A stretch of 64,000 nt of DNA from a virus (taxonomy: Duplodnaviria; Caudoviricetes), in the IMG/VR virus record IMGVR_UViG_2531839301_000007, positions 14,596-78,595 of that record; one strand, given 5' to 3'. Of this stretch, positions 10,157-18,547 are shown one piece after another. Below the pieces are notes generated by a model, which saw only the letters and a program-made list of their open reading frames with translations, did no database searches and had not been told where the DNA came from. A program made the position numbers and the translations under genes. Each line of letters starts with the position of its first letter. The first letter of the stretch is position 1.

Positions 10157-11820
10157 AACAATCCTATTCCTTTAAAGTGTTTGCGTTTCTTTTTTATCTC
10201 GAATATTTCTCTTGTCATCATGCTTTCCCAAAAGTCAGGAGAGTGACCGACTATTTTTTTCATTTCAGACTTGGCTATAAGTTTCCAATATTTGTCAGCC
10301 GCATTTTCATCTTGTCGCATTGCTTGTCTTTCATTGATAAGCACTTGTGAAAGAGGAACATCTTTGAATCCTTTGCCGGAGTATTTACGTTTCAGCAAGT
10401 CGGGTAATATACTAACTCCACCACGGGTGAATCTGTCAATAAATTTGTATGCAACTTCTGATTTCAGATAGTCAAACATTGTATGCGATCCATCTGACGG
10501 ACATTCTATATTATTGAACTTCAATGCTTTAGGGAAGAAACCGACAAATATCTGTCCAAGACCATTAAGGTCGTAGGCGAAGTTCTCTTCCAAAACTTTA
10601 TATTGTTCGAGCAGGAATTTTGCGGTTTCAATAGTCTTTTTACTATCTTTCTTGCAAACGTGAATACCTATAATGTTCCAGCCTTCCCATATCCAAAACA
10701 CGCAGTTATCTCCACCCGTAAACGCCGGGTCACAAGTTATATACCGAGTTCCCGATTCTGTTTGAAGGGCATTTTCAAAGAAACTTCTCATGTGTTCGAG
10801 AGTAACAAGCCCGGTTCCGGCTGTACGGAATTTCCAGTTACCTTCAAGGTCACGGGCACGTTGTTCTTCGGACTGATTGGCAAGGTTGGCAAGATAGTTC
10901 GGGTCAGAACGGAGAAGCTGCATGTTTTCTTCCAGCTTACCTTCTATGAAGGTCACTGATTTAATGAATAGCTCTTGCGGACTGCCCAATGATTCGTATT
11001 CGGGTTTCCACAAACGATCAATGATGTGCTTACATTGTTCATATACTTCTTCGCGGGTATCTCCCCAATAGATTCCTTCAATACTATCTCCGTCCATGAA
11101 ACAATAGCGTACAACTCCATCACGATCTAGGATGGGAAAGCCATCTGAATCTATCCACCAATTTATGAATGTAGCTACCCAACTGTCGGGGTCAGGGTTA
11201 CATGTACCAAAGAAACGGTTGCGGATAAAATGGGCATTACGGTTACAGGTAATAAGGTATTTGAACTTCGGATAATCCATGTGCGTGATTTCATCCACTC
11301 CTATATAAGAGAACTGTCTTCCCTGAAAACGTTTCTTGAAATCCTCAATGCTATCAGAGTAGTAATTAAATTCCAGCCATCCTCCCCAGTTGAAGTTCCA
11401 AGTCATATCTCCTTTTGACTTGTTATACTTACCGAAATCATCGTAAATCTGATAGGAAGTAGTGATAAGGTCGGTAAGGTCATTAATCTCGTTACGGAAG
11501 ATTATAGAGTTGAAGTATTTGCTTTGTATGTCATGTTGGGATTCAAGCAACAAGGAGAATGATTTGGCACCACCACGTTTTCCACCGTATATAACAATGT
11601 CTGCCATCGTAGAAAGGAATTTCTCTTGTCCTCCACGTTGGGCAATAATCTTTTGCGGGTTTGGCATTTTCTTATCTGCCTCCCTTAACGTTTCGATAAA
11701 TTCATAAGTAAGAATCTTCTTTCCGTCCGTTGTCGTGACACCACTATATTCAGCTATTTCTTCCATAAATAAAAAGCCTACATGATAAATTTCTCTATCA
11801 TGTAGGCTTTGAAAGCTCAC
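10153..11820 (-). CDS. terL: Terminase large subunit
   Basis: Walker A YGGKRGGAKS, Walker B GVDEITH, TCNP, nuclease DPAFTGGD. Confidence 0.92.
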   Translation of the reverse strand: MSFQSLHDREIYHVGFLFMEEIAEYSGVTTTDGKKILTYEFIETLREADKKMPNPQKIIAQRGGQEKFLSTMADIVIYGGKRGGAKSFSLLLESQHDIQSKYFNSIIFRNEINDLTDLITTSYQIYDDFGKYNKSKGDMTWNFNWGGWLEFNYYSDSIEDFKKRFQGRQFSYIGVDEITHMDYPKFKYLITCNRNAHFIRNRFFGTCNPDPDSWVATFINWWIDSDGFPILDRDGVVRYCFMDGDSIEGIYWGDTREEVYEQCKHIIDRLWKPEYESLGSPQELFIKSVTFIEGKLEENMQLLRSDPNYLANLANQSEEQRARDLEGNWKFRTAGTGLVTLEHMRSFFENALQTESGTRYITCDPAFTGGDNCVFWIWEGWNIIGIHVCKKDSKKTIETAKFLLEQYKVLEENFAYDLNGLGQIFVGFFPKALKFNNIECPSDGSHTMFDYLKSEVAYKFIDRFTRGGVSILPDLLKRKYSGKGFKDVPLSQVLINERQAMRQDENAADKYWKLIAKSEMKKIVGHSPDFWESMMTREIFEIKKKRKHFKGIGLL

Positions 11821-11839
11821 TATTTGATTAATAATGAGG

Positions 11840-11936
11840 CAAAAGTATATATAAAAATATGAATTTTCTAATTTTAAGATGAAAATAATCTATTATTTGC
11901 ATTGGAATATAGAAAATATATATTATGTTTGCAGCG
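11840..11936. promoter_or_regulatory. Divergent Bacteroidota-type promoters
   Basis: TAnnTTTG matches: TACTTTTG on minus (~11840-11847) and TATGTTTG on plus (11924-11931). Confidence 0.55.
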
Positions 11937-11950
11937 AATAAGGATAACAG

Positions 11951-12172
11951 ATGATTAAAATTGATACAAAAGAAGACCCTCGACAAGTGGTTGAACACCA
12001 CAAGTTAGTGATTTGCCCGACATGCGGACAAAAGCTCACTGATGTTAAGTATGTTGATGGTATTGTTATGCTACGGATTAAATGCCGTAGATGCAGGAAA
12101 TACATTAGTGTTGATTTGATAGGTAGTAAAGAAGATATTCAGGATACATTGCGGGATGGAGCAGTCAGGTAG
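11951..12172 (+). CDS. Zinc-ribbon protein, Mu Com-like regulator candidate
   Basis: CPTCGQKL...IKCRRCRK double CxxC. Confidence 0.65.
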   Translation: MIKIDTKEDPRQVVEHHKLVICPTCGQKLTDVKYVDGIVMLRIKCRRCRKYISVDLIGSKEDIQDTLRDGAVR

Positions 12173-12223
12173 CTCGTTGGGGTCATATCCCAAAGGTCGT
12201 TGGTTCAAATCCAACTCCCGCTA
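12150..12223 (+). tRNA. tRNA-fMet(CAT), initiator type
   Basis: Anticodon arm TTGGG GTCATAT CCCAA with three G-C pairs; 1:72 mismatch; T-loop TTCAAAT. Confidence 0.9.
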
Positions 12224-12300
12224 CAATCAAACGGAGGTGCGGTTACTCTACCGCCGGGGATGAAAAGGAGACGTTTTCCCGTTCGGAAAAAACGGGGAAT

Positions 12301-12376
12301 GGAAAGATGGCAGACGCGGTGTATGCGCCGGACTGAAAATCCGGTTAAGGTGATTCGATTTCATCTCTTTCCACCA
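12301..12376 (+). tRNA. tRNA-Phe(GAA) with encoded CCA
   Basis: Acceptor GGAAAGA/TCTTTCC; anticodon arm CCGGA CTGAAAA TCCGG. Confidence 0.85.
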
Positions 12377-12441
12377 TTCAGTATTGTACAGGAGACGGGG
12401 GCGCATTGGGTCGATATATTGAATTTCAAATCCCTCTCATC

Positions 12442-12563
12442 GGCGTGACGGTGAATAGTTTAGTGGTCGAAAACACCAGTACAAACAATTACTTCGTAGT
12501 TGCAAATGCGAGTATGACTGATGAAAACCTATACGGTGTGGTTCAATTCCCACAGGTACGCCG
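12442..12563 (+). ncRNA. tRNA-like RNA with non-canonical central domain
   Basis: GGCGT(G)AC/GTACGCC acceptor-like stem, GTTT/AAAC D-like arm, TGTGG-TTCAATTC-CCACA T-like arm. Confidence 0.4.
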
Positions 12564-12601
12564 CAATGGGGTATCGCAGGTCAGGTGAGTATAGGTATGT
12601 T

Positions 12602-12674
12602 GTCCGGTTAGCTCAATTGGTAGAGCAATACACTGTTAATGTAAAGGTCGGTAGTTCGATTCTATCACCGGGCG
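12602..12674 (+). tRNA. tRNA-Asn(GTT)
   Basis: Acceptor GTCCGGT/ACCGGGC; loop CT GTT AA. Confidence 0.9.
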
Positions 12675-12681
12675 CAATGAA

Positions 12682-12754
12682 GCGGAGATAGTTCAGTTGG
12701 AAGAACGTCAGATTCCAAACCTGATTGTCGGGGGTTCGAGTCCTTCTCTTCGCG
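12682..12754 (+). tRNA. tRNA-Trp(CCA)
   Basis: Acceptor GCGGAGA/TCTTCGC; loop TT CCA AA. Confidence 0.9.
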
Positions 12755-12759
12755 CATAT

Positions 12760-12830
12760 TGAGATATGGTGTAATGGTAACACAACAGATTTTGGTTCTG
12801 TTATTCAAGGTTCGAGTCCTTGTGTCCCAA
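12760..12830 (+). tRNA. tRNA-Gln(TTG)
   Basis: Anticodon arm ACAGA TTTTGGT TCTGT; T arm CAAGG TTCGAGT CCTTG. Confidence 0.9.
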
Positions 12831-12835
12831 CATTT

Positions 12836-12920
12836 GGAAGTATGGGTGAGTGAACGATACCACCTCTTTGCTAAAGAGGCAAGCTGAAAGGCTTCGGAGG
12901 TTTGAATCCTTCTGCTTCCG
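12836..12920 (+). tRNA. tRNA-Ser(GCT)
   Basis: Acceptor GGAAGTA/TGCTTCC; CCTCT TTGCTAA AGAGG; long variable arm. Confidence 0.9.
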
Positions 12921-12939
12921 CAATTAAAGATATAAGACC

Positions 12940-12983
12940 AAAGAGTCAGATTGATGCAAAAAGCATTGTCTGACTCTTTTTTT
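12940..12983 (+). terminator. Intrinsic terminator between tRNA cluster and head genes
   Basis: AAGAGTCAGA...TCTGACTCTT followed by a T run. Confidence 0.75.
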
Positions 12984-13008
12984 ATGCAACATAAACACAA
13001 AGTAAAAC

Positions 13009-13677
13009 ATGGACAAAGAGACCCTTTTATCCAATTTCACAAAGAGTATCGGAGAACCCGATGCCACTACTGGGATGTACGGAGACACCGGAATTTCCCG
13101 TAGAACTATGGATGTCTATATTGACAATCTTTTACCTCGTATTACTGACGACAATACGGTCAATGATGCTTTTATTGAAGCACACGTCAACTTCATTAAA
13201 GCTATGGGAGGTCAATTGAGACATGAACAAAGTGAGTTTGTAAAAAACTACAAACCAAATCAGCAACAAGCTAATGATACTCCGCAGGAAGGTAAAGACA
13301 ATGAAGTTCTTGAATTGCTGAAAAGCATTAAGAATGAGAACAAAGAATTGCGCGAACGTCTTGACAGACAAGACCAAGCAAAGAGCCAAAGTGAATTGCG
13401 TGAGAAAGTCATTGCCGGGATGAAAGCCAAAGGTGTAAATGACGAGTATGTATTGACTACTACTTTGACTAAACACGGAGAACTTGATTCCAAGAAATCA
13501 GTAGATGAACTTGTGGATTCTCTTCTTCCAGTTTATGACAAAGAGTTTAGTGCTTGTCGTGGAAATGGGGCTGTTCCGAGAACCGGACAACAACAGCAAC
13601 AAAACACAAAGAATGAAACACTGAAGAAGTTTAAAGAACGGCACCAAAAAGCAGGTGATTTGCCTGTTGCAAATTAA
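13009..13677 (+). CDS. Capsid scaffolding protein
   Basis: Coiled-coil acidic/Q-rich ORF just upstream of capsid genes. Confidence 0.65.
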   Translation: MDKETLLSNFTKSIGEPDATTGMYGDTGISRRTMDVYIDNLLPRITDDNTVNDAFIEAHVNFIKAMGGQLRHEQSEFVKNYKPNQQQANDTPQEGKDNEVLELLKSIKNENKELRERLDRQDQAKSQSELREKVIAGMKAKGVNDEYVLTTTLTKHGELDSKKSVDELVDSLLPVYDKEFSACRGNGAVPRTGQQQQQNTKNETLKKFKERHQKAGDLPVAN

Positions 13678-13716
13678 AATAATTAACTGATTACAAACAC
13701 ATTAAAACACAGAACT

Positions 13717-14331
13717 ATGATTGGTAATACTTTTGGTAGTAAGACAAGAAAGTTTGGTGGTGCATTTCCCGTATGGAAAGATGTATTTAGCAAGGTAGAC
13801 GGTGGCGGCGTATTTGAGAAGACGCCGGACGTGGGAGATGTTATTCCCGCAGGAACACCCGTATATCTTGATAAAACCGGAGGTACTTCTAAATGCTTAG
13901 AATTTTATGAGGCATTGGAAGGTAGCACTGGCACCACATTGAAAGTGACTGTTGGTATGGGGCTTCCGACTCCAACCGTGGGTCAATTCTTAATGAAAGT
14001 ACCCGATTCTCTTAACGGTACGGGAACGGGCGTGAAGGTGACGAAAGTAGTCATTGATGGAAACGAAGCTACTGTTACCTTGAGTGCTGACCCTGATACT
14101 CTTGCAGAAGGTGATATTCTGACCGTAGCTGCCGCATCTGGTGCAACACAGAAAATGGCTATCACGCACATGTCAGGTCTGACAAAGAATGATGCTTACA
14201 TCGAAGAAGGCACGCAAGCAGCCACTTGTACGGTCGTATGGAGTGGAAAGGTTTATGCAGACCGTATTCAACCTATCCCGGATATTTTCAAAGCATTGGT
14301 TCCTAACATTTTATTTCAGAAGGAGGCGTAA
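13717..14331 (+). CDS. Head decoration/cement protein
   Basis: 204-aa G/T/V-rich ORF preceding major capsid; IPAGTPV motif. Confidence 0.6.
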   Translation: MIGNTFGSKTRKFGGAFPVWKDVFSKVDGGGVFEKTPDVGDVIPAGTPVYLDKTGGTSKCLEFYEALEGSTGTTLKVTVGMGLPTPTVGQFLMKVPDSLNGTGTGVKVTKVVIDGNEATVTLSADPDTLAEGDILTVAAASGATQKMAITHMSGLTKNDAYIEEGTQAATCTVVWSGKVYADRIQPIPDIFKALVPNILFQKEA

Positions 14332-14334
14332 GTT

Positions 14335-15501
14335 ATGGAAGTTAGAGATAGAGAATTTTATGATTTGATTGCCCGTGGGCTTGAAAACAATGGTATTTCT
14401 TTTCAGGATTACATTGACGAAATGTTTGCTGAAAAGTATAATAAGCCCGAAACTCCCGGATTTGATTGGGAACCGGATATGCAGGATGATTTTGAGTTTA
14501 AGCAAATCTCCGCAACTGCTCGTGTATATACGATGGCAACGTATGTTGATTTCGACTCTCCCGGTCCGGTTAAGCACACAGAAGGCTTCGAGCTTGGTAG
14601 TGACAAGATGCCTCGTATGAAGCATGAGTTCAATATTGACGAAGCTAAAATCCGCTTGCACATGCAAGCATTGCAACAGTTCGGGGTGTTCTCTGAACGT
14701 ATGGCACAAAGTGTTGAAAACTTGCTGTTTGAAAGCACTGATATGTTGCTCGGTGGTAACTACAACTCTTTGAAGTTCCAACGCCATCAAGCCGTATCTA
14801 AAGGTCAGTTTGATATTATCGCGGAAAACAACCCGCAAGGTATTACAGGTGTCAGCATTGATTTCCATGTACCCGGCAAGAACCGTTGGGAAATTGCTTG
14901 GTGGAAGAAAGATGGTACTCTGAATGCGGATATCACACCATTGGAAGACCTGAAAAACAAGGTTACTTATATTCGTCAGACTTGCTATGCTCCGGTAGAC
15001 CATATCGAAGTAAACAAGATTACATGGGACAAGTTCATTATGATTCCGGCTGTAAGACAGGCTCTCGGATACATCAAGAATCCGTTGGTTACTACTGCTG
15101 ATGCTGCCGTACAAATTGGCGTGAGCTTGCTGGATGATGAAATGAAGGTCTTGGTAGAGAAGTATGTTGGTGCTCCTATTACCATTATTGATAGTGTTTC
15201 CGTTGTAGAGAAGTTCGACAAGAAAACTCGCACGGTTTCTACTCCGACATTGCAGAGTTTCGATGAAAATGTATTTGTTTTCGTTCCTTCTTCTCGTATC
15301 GGTACGATCAAGGCGGTAACTCCAATCGTAATCAATGATCCGGCGGCTCGTATTGCTTTCTATGATGAAGGACGTACCGTAATCACACAGACTTTTGATG
15401 CCTATAACAAGGTACAGAAGATTTCGAGTGAGCTTACAGCATTGTGCGTGCCGAATGTGGTGAGACAAATGTATTACCTGACTGTAAAGGCAAGTAAATA
15501 A
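14335..15501 (+). CDS. Major capsid protein (HK97 fold, inferred)
   Basis: 388 aa, position after scaffold/decoration and before connector genes. Confidence 0.8.
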   Translation: MEVRDREFYDLIARGLENNGISFQDYIDEMFAEKYNKPETPGFDWEPDMQDDFEFKQISATARVYTMATYVDFDSPGPVKHTEGFELGSDKMPRMKHEFNIDEAKIRLHMQALQQFGVFSERMAQSVENLLFESTDMLLGGNYNSLKFQRHQAVSKGQFDIIAENNPQGITGVSIDFHVPGKNRWEIAWWKKDGTLNADITPLEDLKNKVTYIRQTCYAPVDHIEVNKITWDKFIMIPAVRQALGYIKNPLVTTADAAVQIGVSLLDDEMKVLVEKYVGAPITIIDSVSVVEKFDKKTRTVSTPTLQSFDENVFVFVPSSRIGTIKAVTPIVINDPAARIAFYDEGRTVITQTFDAYNKVQKISSELTALCVPNVVRQMYYLTVKASK

Positions 15502-15881
15502 TGGCAGATACGGTTTCTCATATTGATATGCCGATTGAAGAATATTTAAGAGGTGTTGTTGGCTATCAAATAGCTGACAATGCCCTTAATTCCATTCTCT
15601 TCAAACGGAAAATTGCAGCCGAAGCAATGGCAAGTTCGCTGACAGAAAAGCAACTTGACCTTTGTACTGCTGACCTTTATTTATGGTGTGCAGCTACTCC
15701 CAGTACACAAAATAATACGGAGGACAGCGATGGCGGATGGAAGCACGTTGAAGGTGGCTGGCAGACTTCAGCTTTTGATAAGAGGGAGTTGCGGGCTATG
15801 GCAAAAGAGCTATATGAGAAATGGGGAGAGAACATGCCGGGTAAAAGTAAAATGAAAATAGTACACTTTGGTATAAGATGA
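15501..15881 (+). CDS. Head-tail adaptor
   Basis: 126 aa after capsid; synteny. Confidence 0.6.
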   Translation: MADTVSHIDMPIEEYLRGVVGYQIADNALNSILFKRKIAAEAMASSLTEKQLDLCTADLYLWCAATPSTQNNTEDSDGGWKHVEGGWQTSAFDKRELRAMAKELYEKWGENMPGKSKMKIVHFGIR

Positions 15882-16201
15882 AACCAAATAATCCACGATT
15901 CCCACACAAATGTACCATTTACCGGATGGAAGGTGAAACTTCGTTTTCGGAAGGTAAAAGAGATATTCTCTATGAAGGAGAGTGCCGGAAGTATGGTAAT
16001 ACTTCACTCCGCACATTTAAAACAGAAAATGTGGTAAAGGCTGACTATGCGTTAAGTATTCCGGGGGTAATAGAAGGTATCAAAACGGGATATTTAATAG
16101 ATGTGACAGACCGCGTAGAAACTTTTACCGAATGTATGGTTGCAGACTGTTACCCCGGAAATTTGGGAACAACCGTCTATTTCAATCTTGCAAAAAACTG
16201 A
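15878..16201 (+). CDS. Head closure protein
   Basis: 107 aa beta-rich; synteny. Confidence 0.55.
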   Translation: MKPNNPRFPHKCTIYRMEGETSFSEGKRDILYEGECRKYGNTSLRTFKTENVVKADYALSIPGVIEGIKTGYLIDVTDRVETFTECMVADCYPGNLGTTVYFNLAKN

Positions 16202-16203
16202 TT

Positions 16204-16734
16204 ATGGATAATTCAAAGGCATTTGATGCAGGTATAAAAAAAGCAAGGCAGATTGTCAGCGGTTATGTATTTGACTGCTTGACAAAAGCCTGTGAAGAGC
16301 TTGCTGATGATGCTGTCAAGAATTATCGTTCTCCGATAGGGGCGTTTACCGGAAATACGATAACAAGCTATGCTTGCGGACTGTATATGGATGGAATTTT
16401 AAGCTATTATTACAGTAATGGTGATAAGATGAAATCTCCCGTCCGGGCGAAGTTGGCTAAAGGTGAAACTGCTTTTTTAAACCCCGATTATGAAGGACGA
16501 AGCAGAAAGTTTACTGGTAAGACAGATACGGACAAAGGTTTTGGAGAAGGTTTCTCTTTCAAGTTTCTTTCCCAGTATAAGTCAAGGGTAAAAAAGGGAT
16601 TCGAGATAGTGGTGTGCAGTGGTACTGAATACTCCAGTTATATAGAAAATGTATGGCATGGAAATGTTTTGACTGACACATTTGAACGGGCACCTAAGAT
16701 TCTGGCGAAAAATTTTAAACCGATGAAATTATGA
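16204..16734 (+). CDS. Neck/tail completion protein (HK97 gp10-like)
   Basis: FTGNT..SY and EYSSYIE motifs; start at ATG 16204 preferred. Confidence 0.6.
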   Translation: MDNSKAFDAGIKKARQIVSGYVFDCLTKACEELADDAVKNYRSPIGAFTGNTITSYACGLYMDGILSYYYSNGDKMKSPVRAKLAKGETAFLNPDYEGRSRKFTGKTDTDKGFGEGFSFKFLSQYKSRVKKGFEIVVCSGTEYSSYIENVWHGNVLTDTFERAPKILAKNFKPMKL

Positions 16735-17114
16735 GCATAAGGTTTGACAGAATGGGGATTTTGAAGAAGTTGGTTGATTCAATGGCTGATGTAAGCAATA
16801 ATATATTTGTTACAGACCGCCCAAGTGCCACAACAGAACAGATGAACAACTTTGTGGTTGTGGCTTTGACGGGTGCAATGAATGATAGAAATGCTTATGG
16901 TGATTCTCATATCAGAATAGATGTCTTTGCCAAAGACAGGACTGGCGGGATTGAAGCAACGGATAAGTTGGAAGAAATGCAGCTAAAGATTTTTGAGAAA
17001 TTTCCAATGGTGAATGATAAGTTTACTACTTACAAACCGCGATTGATTGCAGGAGGTGATGATGGACTCGGATTTCATTATCTGATGATTACAGCAAAAA
17101 TAGTATTTACATAA
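16731..17114 (+). CDS. Tail terminator protein
   Basis: 127 aa before major tail protein. Confidence 0.55.
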   Translation: MSIRFDRMGILKKLVDSMADVSNNIFVTDRPSATTEQMNNFVVVALTGAMNDRNAYGDSHIRIDVFAKDRTGGIEATDKLEEMQLKIFEKFPMVNDKFTTYKPRLIAGGDDGLGFHYLMITAKIVFT

Positions 17115-17144
17115 TAACATATAACACTTTAATAACACACAATT

Positions 17145-17720
17145 ATGGCGAAATTAAACATTACAACAGGACTTGCGGACTTGCAAAAACTGTTTAACAA
17201 GATGAAGGAGGTTTATTTTGTGGCAACACCAAACTCTGATTTGGCTACGCTGGATGCATTTGACATGGAACTTCCGGTTATTGATGATGGCATTAGCTTT
17301 AATACCGGAGAACCCGATGTAACAACAGTAAAACTGACAACCGGAGAGAACTGGACTTCTTATGGTAAAGCTGGCGACCCTGACATTTCAATTCAGGTTG
17401 CTTCCATTGCCGGAGTGGTGAATGATTTGCTTATGAACAAGCAGGGAGCAAAGAAAACTATGGCAAATGGTTTTGGAGAAACTGGTGCTGAAACTTATGA
17501 AGGACAAGGTTATGACCTGAATCCGAAGAAGACAACCGGAGCTTTGTTTTTCCGTTCGGAAGACATGCAGAGTGCTATTTGGCTACCCAATGTGGAAATG
17601 TATTCAAACCTTGTTATTGAAACGGATAAACCTGCATATTTTAATATCAAGATTACACCGCTTGCAGGAAAAGATGGCGCAGCTATTGTCCCATTGACAA
17701 GAGTTGCTTCGGGGGGATAA
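17145..17720 (+). CDS. Major tail protein
   Basis: 191 aa followed by terminator and chaperone genes. Confidence 0.7.
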   Translation: MAKLNITTGLADLQKLFNKMKEVYFVATPNSDLATLDAFDMELPVIDDGISFNTGEPDVTTVKLTTGENWTSYGKAGDPDISIQVASIAGVVNDLLMNKQGAKKTMANGFGETGAETYEGQGYDLNPKKTTGALFFRSEDMQSAIWLPNVEMYSNLVIETDKPAYFNIKITPLAGKDGAAIVPLTRVASGG

Positions 17721-17748
17721 ACTCGCAAAACTCAATATCATTTGTTTG

Positions 17749-17787
17749 GGGCGGTGAGCTTAGTGATTAAGCCGCCGCCTCTTTTTG
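17749..17787 (+). terminator. Intrinsic terminator after major tail gene
   Basis: GGGGCGG...CCGCCGCC stem then CTTTTTG. Confidence 0.6.
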
Positions 17788-17810
17788 TTTAACAATTAAC
17801 ACAAAAAAAC

Positions 17811-18293
17811 ATGGAAATAAAAAAAATAGAACAACCATCTACTGACAGTGAACGACTACTGGACGACATCTTGGGTGACAGTGTAGAAATGGTATCATTG
17901 AGAAGTAAGAAGAAACAATATCCTGTTAGATGGATGAAGCCGGGGACTATGCGCAAACTGACTCATATCATACTGAAAAAAGGTAATGATAGCAAATTGA
18001 GTTGCATGAGTGCTTCACTTATCATCCTGAATAACTTTTGGAAAATCAAATGCTTCTATCCGCTTCATTGGCGTTGGTTCTATTACATAAAGCAGTACAC
18101 GGATGATGAATTGTTTCCCATTATTGCTGCTGGTAAAAAAAAAGTTCCTCTGCAAACATACTTAATGAATATCACATTGCTGACCGAAATGAAGGATACG
18201 ATAATGATAATGAAGAAGGAGGAAGCGATTACTTCCCTTCAAGGACGCTCTACGGAGCCGGATGGGAAAGTGCAAAAGACCACAGTTGGATGA
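17811..18293 (+). CDS. Tail assembly chaperone (G-like)
   Basis: Between tail tube and tape measure; contains A9 slippery run. Confidence 0.7.
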   Translation: MEIKKIEQPSTDSERLLDDILGDSVEMVSLRSKKKQYPVRWMKPGTMRKLTHIILKKGNDSKLSCMSASLIILNNFWKIKCFYPLHWRWFYYIKQYTDDELFPIIAAGKKKVPLQTYLMNITLLTEMKDTIMIMKKEEAITSLQGRSTEPDGKVQKTTVG

Positions 18294-18544
18294 TGCGACC
18301 ACTCCTTTTGTTGGGTGGGCTGATATGCGTTCCGATGTATGGCTATAACTGGGTTATGACATTGGCACAACTGGAATTGATTGGCAATGACAAGCCTTTG
18401 TCCCTTCTGAAAAGGAACAATAAAAAAGATGGTAAACCTAAAGCTCCATCAGCAGAAAAAATACAGGAGGCATTAGATAGATATACAGAAAAAGCAAACA
18501 TGCATTTGGCGTTTAATCCGAATGAATACATAAACACGAAATAA
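18135..18544 (+). CDS. Tail chaperone -1 frameshift extension (GT-like); ORF track 18290-18544
   Basis: -1 frame is open from the A9 run at 18135-18143 through ATG 18290 to 18544. Confidence 0.7.
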
Positions 18545-18547
18545 GAT

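Noticed and set aside
12200-13000. ORFs 12200-12448, 12406-12588 and 12665-13000
   Set aside because: They overlap tRNA genes and are translation artefacts.
14311-15468. Long antisense ORF opposite the capsid gene, and similar shadow ORFs elsewhere
   Set aside because: Explained by codon bias of the sense gene; no motifs.
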